A DNA stretch of 64,000 nt, taken from Azolla caroliniana. Taxonomy: Eukaryota > Plantae > Polypodiophyta. The notes below the pieces were generated by a model. The model was given only the letters and a program-made list of their open reading frames with translations. It had not been told where the DNA came from and did not search any database. Positions 57,240 through 64,000 of this stretch are shown here, piece after piece. Both the position numbers and the translations under genes were made by a program. Numbering within the stretch: the stretch's first letter is position 1; each line of letters begins with the position of its first letter. The stretch spans positions 2,728,001 to 2,792,000 of the forward strand of contig JBHGNT010000007.1 of the NCBI GenBank assembly GCA_043228905.1. Reading direction: 5' to 3'.

Positions 57240-60200
57240 ATGGAGAAGAAAATGTCGTTGATGCAGTCCTTACTCTCGAAGATCCAATCTTTCAACCCCA
57301 ATTCCTCCAATCCCTACCCTAATCCTTACATGAATCATTATCCTAATCCTTACGTTAACCCTAGCAATAATCCTTACGTTAATCCTAGCCCTAATCCTTA
57401 TGTTAATCCTAACCCTAATCCGTACACTAACCCCACACCTAATTACCAGAACACCGTAATCCCCTGTTCTAGATGCAGAACACAGCTCTCTGTGCCTGTG
57501 GGAGTTCAATCTATTCGATGTGCAGTTTGTCAGAAAATTACACGAGTACCTAACCCTAACCCTAACCCTAACCCTAACCCTAACCCTAACCCTAACCCTA
57601 ACCCTAACCCTAACCCTAACCCTAGCCCTAGTTTATATAGTCCTGGCCGCAAGAAGGCTGTTGTATGTGGCATTGCTTACCGTGGTTCTCGCTACGAATT
57701 GAAAGGAACTCTGAATGATGCAAAATGTATCAAGTTTCTCCTCATCAATAGGTTTAGCTTCCCAGAATCCTCCATATGCATGCTCACAGGTATCTTCTGT
57801 TCCTTTGACATACATATATACATGTGTAATTATGGTTATGTGTATGTAAATTGTGTACATGTACATGTATTTGTGTTGTATGTAATTCTGTGCATGTGTA
57901 TCCAGTCATGTGTACCTGTATATGTACATATGTGTATGTGTTGTGTGCCGTTATGTACTGATGAGTACACAGTTGCATTTCTGTGTTGTTTCTGTATGGT
58001 TATGTCTGTAAGTGTGCATTTAGGTTTAAATTTGCTAATGCATAGGAAACACTTCCATCGCCTTCTTATGTGCTTCGATTCTGTCAGATGCATTCATGGC
58101 TATTCAGGGAAGAGCATAAAATTTTTAGGTATAAACCTGACACCATTTCTGTAGAGAATCGGAAATATAGATGTGAAATCCCCTCCATAGAAGTGGGCTC
58201 AACATATATGGTACAGAGAGGTTTTTGCCATTTGGAGATACAAGAAACATGTGGCCCTGGTTACATATGCTAGGATGATTTACTTAGACACGCCTAAGCA
58301 TATGCCTATGTTTGCATGCTTGGATTCATTCTGATACATCTTCCATTAACCCATCACTCTGTAGCGATTTGTAATAAAAGATTAGGGGTTACATGATGGC
58401 TATATGCTTGGGTTTACTCAGATATATCGTGGGTATGCTTGTCGAGAGAGCATTATAGATAAAGATCTAAACCTCCCACAAAAGCATCATAGGAGCATGA
58501 GATCATAGTGGATAGCATAGTAAACATGGATTTGGCTCTCCTATCATTAACTTTCACCCTGAACTTTCATCACAATGATCCAATGATCTAGTAAAACACA
58601 TATGATAAGTAAGATGCTAAGAATATGGCTGTGGCCATCTTTAACTTTTGTTTTTGTTTTTACAACCAGAGGATGAGAGAGATAGATTCAAGCTTCCCAC
58701 GAAGCAAAATATCATGATGGCATTGCAATGGCTTATACAGGGATGTCAACCTGGCGATTCTCTAGTTTTCTATTACTCTGGCCATGGATCACAACGCAGG
58801 AATAGAGATGGTAGTGAGGTTGATGGTCTTGATGAGACGATTTTGCCCATGGACTTTCAGATGCAAGGAATGATCGTTGACGATGATATCAACGCGACAA
58901 TTGTTAGGCCGTTGCCAGTTGGTGTGCGGCTTCATGCCATAGTTGATTCATGTCATAGTGGAACTGCACTTGATCTACCCTTCCTTCTTAGGCAGAGGTA
59001 CTAATCCTCCTCTGCTTCTTCTCTTTTCTTCGGAAATATTCAAATTTAAGGACCCATCATCAAACTTGAAACTGCACAATTGAATGTAAAGTTTTCATCT
59101 CTGGTTCTTCATGTCCAATAAAATTGTAATGTTTCACCTCAGGTTCTTTGTGTCTGATAATAACTCAAGACTCTTTACAAATCACAAACTTAATGTTCCT
59201 CTTTTTTCTTCTAATTTTCTTTTTGCTAGCCAAGGGCAATATGTGTGGGAAGATCATCGCCCAAGGAATGGTGTATATAAAGGAACTAGTGGGGGAGAAG
59301 CATTTTGCTTTAGTGGTTGTGATGATAATCAAACATCTGCAGATACTAGTGTAAGCTTTAACACTTTTTTGTTGTCATCTACTTTTGTTGCACATCACTT
59401 GTGCCAACTAGTAATAGGACCAAGGTTGTGAATCACCAATTTACCTTTACTTGAGTGAAGTAAATTACTGTCGGGGAGATTTCATCTATTCCTTTTTATT
59501 GTTAGGATCAACGCGTATAGTTTAAGAATCGGACTTAATGGATTGTATATAATCGCCAATCTATTGATTCAAGTCAAGAACCCTGTATTTTGGGGGTGTC
59601 AATTTGGTTTGTGTTTTTATTTAGTGGTATGAAGCCATAGTAACATGATTAGATATTGTTTCATTGAGAATGACAGGCTCTCTCACAAGTCACTTATACT
59701 GGAGCAATGACCTTTTCGTTCATCCAAGCTATCGAAAGAAATCAAGCAAGAACATACAGAGACCTTTTGCAAGCAATGCGATACTATGTTCAAAGTGCTG
59801 GTAGCAACTCTGGCAGCGGAGGCTCGATCACTACTTTGGTTCAGATGCTATTGAGTGGTGGAAGAACATATGGACACAAAGTTCAGGTATGGGGTTAGGC
59901 AAGAAAACTAGCTGAGTCATCATTATCCCTACGAATCAATAATGTTTTGGTGTCTTTTTAAAGGTTTTTGGCCTTAAATTCACATGGGTTATGTAAGGCT
60001 AACCCCTTTAAGTAAACTGATCCTAGGACCTAGGAATATCCAATTGAAATATTTCATAATAATACAATCTTAATTTCATAGTTCATTTATCCAAATCAGT
60101 CCCTAGTGTCAACAATAATATGTAAAAAAAGGGTTCCATTATTTATCATTGACCTAGAACATGCAAATATACAATTGAGTTCCCTTTATGAGAATAGAAT

Positions 60201-60309
60201 ATATGAATGTGGCGATCTTAATCTAATATGATTTATTGTTTGGTTTCAACAGGAACCACAGTTGACGGCATCGAGTCCATTTGATATCAATAAAGCTTTC
60301 ACTTTGTAA
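57240..60309 (+). CDS. MC1: Type I metacaspase with LSD1-like zinc finger, 5 exons, ~421 aa
   Basis: Exons 57240-57789, 58670-58997, 59230-59350, 59677-59886, 60253-60309 (1266 nt). CSRC..IRCAVC finger, RKKAV, catalytic YYSGHG and DSCHSG, SGCDDNQTSAD, QEPQLTAS. Confidence 0.93.
57549..57620 (+). repeat. Perfect (CCTAAC)12, i.e. TTAGGG-type repeat, inside a coding exon
   Basis: 72 bp uninterrupted, encoding (Pro-Asn)12. Confidence 0.97.
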
Positions 60310-63300
60310 GCTACAAGTTTTGGTTATATGATGGGTTTTGATGCTAATTGATGTATATAATGTTCTAAATAATCGTTAATACCCATAATATAATTGGATA
60401 GTATAACGTTCCTTTCTCATTGAATACTTGGATTTCTCGAGGAGATATACATTTAATTCTCTTGGACACCTCAAGGATAAATTGTTTGAACAACAAAAGG
60501 TTTAACTTTCAAATAATCTATAAAAGATAGCAACAAATAGGTTGTTGAATGTGGTCCTCTAGTTATTTGTGATACACAATCATATATACCAATTTCTAGT
60601 CTCCGATTGTTCTCCTTCTTGGTATAACTTATGGTGCAATTGACCTTAACGGAACAACAAAAGTATATGACTTTCCACGTTATAGTAAAGTGACTCAAGT
60701 TGGAAGTAATGCGAGTGATTATCGGCACTTGCAAGATATCAACTTTTGTTGGAAAGTAAATATGTTATTGTAATGGATAACCAATTTCCATGGCTCCGAT
60801 GTATTTGAGATAATTGGATACATCTTGATAAATGTGTGTGTGTGCGCTTGTGTGTGACGGTGGATATATTACAATAATGTGAATGACTTATTCCATGGTG
60901 GTATATTTATATTGAGGATGATTTAATGCGTCAATGTCGATGTCATAAAGCCCTGGTGCAATATATGAATTATGAAGAATTTGTGAAGTCGTTAGTTTGT
61001 GTCATCTTGAACTAAAATAACTACAAGTTTCCAAGGCCGTTGGTTTTCATGATTTAAAGTTAACATATTTAAGTGTTTTGAAAGCTATTAGTTTCCACCA
61101 CGTCAAAATATGCATGATCTCAACGCAAAGGTATCAACAGTTACATAATGTTAGTTTCCAGGGATTGATATGTTAGTGAGCATGTTCTTGAACTAAATTA
61201 TAAGTTATAACTAGAGTTTTTATTCATAGCACGTTTATGTAATCCCAATTTGAAGTGATGAAGACTTTAGCAATCCCAAATAACATCACGAACAACTTCA
61301 ACTGAAATGTACTGAGTTTTATTAAGCCATTTGTTATGATGAAGTTGTGAAGTTGTTATTGAAGCTATTTTGTAAGTGATATCAAACCTATTTTGCAAGA
61401 CTTTGTTGCCATAGAATCATGGTTGTACATAAAGTTTGAAATTCTGTAAGTTAAACTTCATGAATATAAGGAAAGTGGTCATCCATCCAAATGAAACACT
61501 TGTGTGATGTATGCATCAAATATGTTAAAGTTGATCCTGAATATAAATGTGTGTATGTAGACTTTCAAACCTTTAGAGAGGTTTCATAAACTAGAGAACA
61601 TGTACATGAAAATTTAGTCTTTCTTTGTATTTCTTCAATCGCCACTCTTGCTTAGCATTTTAATTGTTCTTTAAAAAGCTAAACTTAACGAGTATATGAC
61701 ACTCAACCAAATGCCAGGATTCCACATCTATGCAAATGATAAAGTATATTCAAATTTGTCTGTTAAGAGTATCTTTTAAACATTACCGTAATTGCATTCG
61801 ACTTCGTCCGTTAAGAGTATCTTTTATACACTATCTTATGCTTATGTATATCTTTTGACTTTCTTGTTAAGAGGTGCTTTCAAGATATTCTCCAGGTAGG
61901 CCAAATCAAAGATGGAATAAAAAACAAACACATTTCCAAGGAAGAGGAAAAGGCAATAACAATATCTTGAGACCAATTTCTCATAAGACAATGCACTACT
62001 GCTTGCAATTAAAAAGGTTGATTGATGATAAATCCCTTAACATTGCATATATCCATAATAATGGGCCCACTTTTCAATGGTCAAATTACTTCTATATTTC
62101 CATATCGATAAATTAGTGTCATATTACTTGATTTGGATTGTCCACATGGGAGGAGACAAGAAGAGCATGCATTATTGATAGTCCTCGATAAATTATATGG
62201 CCAAGTGGATGGAAAATATTGGCCTATATTTATATTGAGTCTTTTGTCTTGCTCATCATGATAATTATGGATAGCTATGCAAATTCATTGATGATGATAC
62301 TCAAATTTCCTCCATTCTCATGTATGCACACTTCAGCCCTAAACCTATGAAATTGGCCCAGATTTAGGGGAATATGTTCCGTTCGTGAACTAATATTTAC
62401 TTTACTAGCATTATCCTATGAGGGCCAATGTTATAGTTTTCGCTCTTTTATGTTCTACAAAATATGACAACGTTGGTGTTGCAGAGCAATCTTGTTTAGA
62501 AATAAATTTGGAACATGGCAAACTCTTGTAGCACAATCTTGTGAAATTATGAAGGGTTTAAAATGAAAGAAATTAAAGCAACATTAAATCTTATGCTCAT
62601 TGCATGAACCACAACATCAAGGTTGTAAAGCACAAGTTGTACCCCTACAACATCATGTTTATACAACTTAGAACTTCAACATGGCAACCTTGTCATGCAG
62701 TTGCAAGTAGTAACTCATGGGACTCTTCTACGATATTTTAAAGTAACAAAATGTGGTTTTGCACGTAATATCTTCTTTCAGTCATGATGTGATCCTGATA
62801 TGTACTAATGCTTGTATTGCACGATCATATGCATTAGGAATCAGTTGCAAGTGTTGAAAAAATACTAGGCAAATTATTCTCAAAATGTATGAACAAAAGA
62901 GAAAGGAATATCGAAGAGGATATGACATCATACGTGCAACTATTATAGTTCTAGAATTGCTTGACAAGACAATAGTTCTTGAAACCCAAGAGGCAAACAA
63001 AAAAATGAACAAATGATGCATAAAATGAAGGATTAAGAAAAGACAATGTATTCTTATGTGTACTATATTTGTTGTACTCAGTAATAGTACTAGTAGTACA
63101 CTAGTTTTGGAATTGCTCTAAGTGTGGGGATGGAGATTCCAAGATCTCAAAGGGCATGTTCAGAACAAAGAGATCATGATGTGTACATGTGTATATATCA
63201 TACACTCTGATATTCTAGGATCACTCGTGCGAGGTGAAGTGGTCGAAGAAGAGGACAACAATTCTAGAAACCCGACAAGAAAGAGGTCTAGAGGAGGATA

Positions 63301-63547
63301 GAATGAAGACGGGAACAAAGAGTGGAATGTGAAACATATAACCCGAATAATATTAATAGAAACACACGCAAGCGGGAATCGACTGGATCAGATAGGTAGA
63401 TGATGTGGGGGGCACAAAAATACAGAATAAGTCAACACCGATTGGAGGAGCAAATAATTGAATGGAGGATTGAAAGGTTAAGAAAATAAATAAAACAAAC
63501 CATTACATACATACATACATACATGGATTCCATCCATCCATCCATAC

Positions 63548-64000
63548 TGTTGGGAACAAGTCCCTCCAGATGGGAAGAGCAACAATCAAATTGGATGGAG
63601 TTGATGGGAAATCCGGCCGAGGACGAAAATCGAATAATCGATTTATAACCGATTCGGGAGACTATATTTGTAAATAGTCTTAATGTGCCCCTTGTGGGCT
63701 ATATATGTAAATAGCCCAGAAAGTTGTGTTGGTATAAATACTCCTAGGGCAATCATTATGATATAGAACAATCATTTGTATAGTTACTCATTGGGTTGTT
63801 GCCTCTGTAACTGTGTAAGAGAGAGAGTGAGAGTTAGTGGGTGAGTAACTCTACAGTTGTCTGTCTGATGAAGGAGAGCTTAAGGTTGTTGCCTTTGAGC
63901 TTCTCGTTGTACTCCTCCCAACTATAGTGATTCTGTTTTGGAGTTTGTGGACACCACGTGGTTTTTCCCTTTCGGGTTTTCCATGTTAAAACAATTGTGT
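63548..64000 (+). mobile_element. LTR (5' or solo) related to the element B family, truncated by the window end
   Basis: Begins TGTTGGGA..GTCCCTCC.GATGGGA and contains GGCTATAT.TGTAAATAGCC and CGTGGTTTTTCCC..GGGTTTTCCA, matching the reverse complement of the B LTR. No PPT upstream. Confidence 0.75.

Noticed and set aside
57549-57620. True telomere or chromosome fusion scar
   Set aside because: Only 72 bp, in frame in an intact exon, with no subtelomeric or head-to-head arrangement.
57790-58154. Cys/Val/Met-rich C-terminus of the 338-aa ORF
   Set aside because: Read-through into a TG/TA-rich intron after the donor at 57790.

Overview
Eukaryotic land-plant nuclear DNA (GT-AG introns, plant Ty1/copia and hAT elements); a non-flowering plant such as a fern is a weak guess only. 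1-11.1 kb is a three-layer Ty1/copia nest: an old + strand element, a decayed - strand element inside it, and a very young 5.5-kb element inside that. 13-60 kb holds seven genes: a ~1424-aa protein with four tandem U2AF65-RRM1-like domains, an intronless TMEM53/DUF829 hydrolase, the DBP2/p68-type DEAD-box helicase RH20, nicotinamidase NIC1, a complex I KFYI/NDUFC1-like subunit, an NDUFA12-family/NDUFAF2-like gene and a type I metacaspase. Three non-autonomous hAT elements with 8-bp TSDs, a full-length decayed copia at 48.5-54 kb and an LTR at the right edge lie among them. The best leads are: (i) a ~170-nt G-U-rich hairpin on the transcribed strand of the RH20 motif-V intron that buries a candidate alternative 5' splice site, a candidate autoregulatory RNA switch; (ii) the 4xRRM protein; (iii) a perfect TTAGGG-type array inside the metacaspase exon; (iv) introns built from tandem copies of their own splice junctions; (v) a hAT insertion that duplicated the G-box of the NIC1 promoter. 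All exon models were read by eye and checked for frame; no database search was run.
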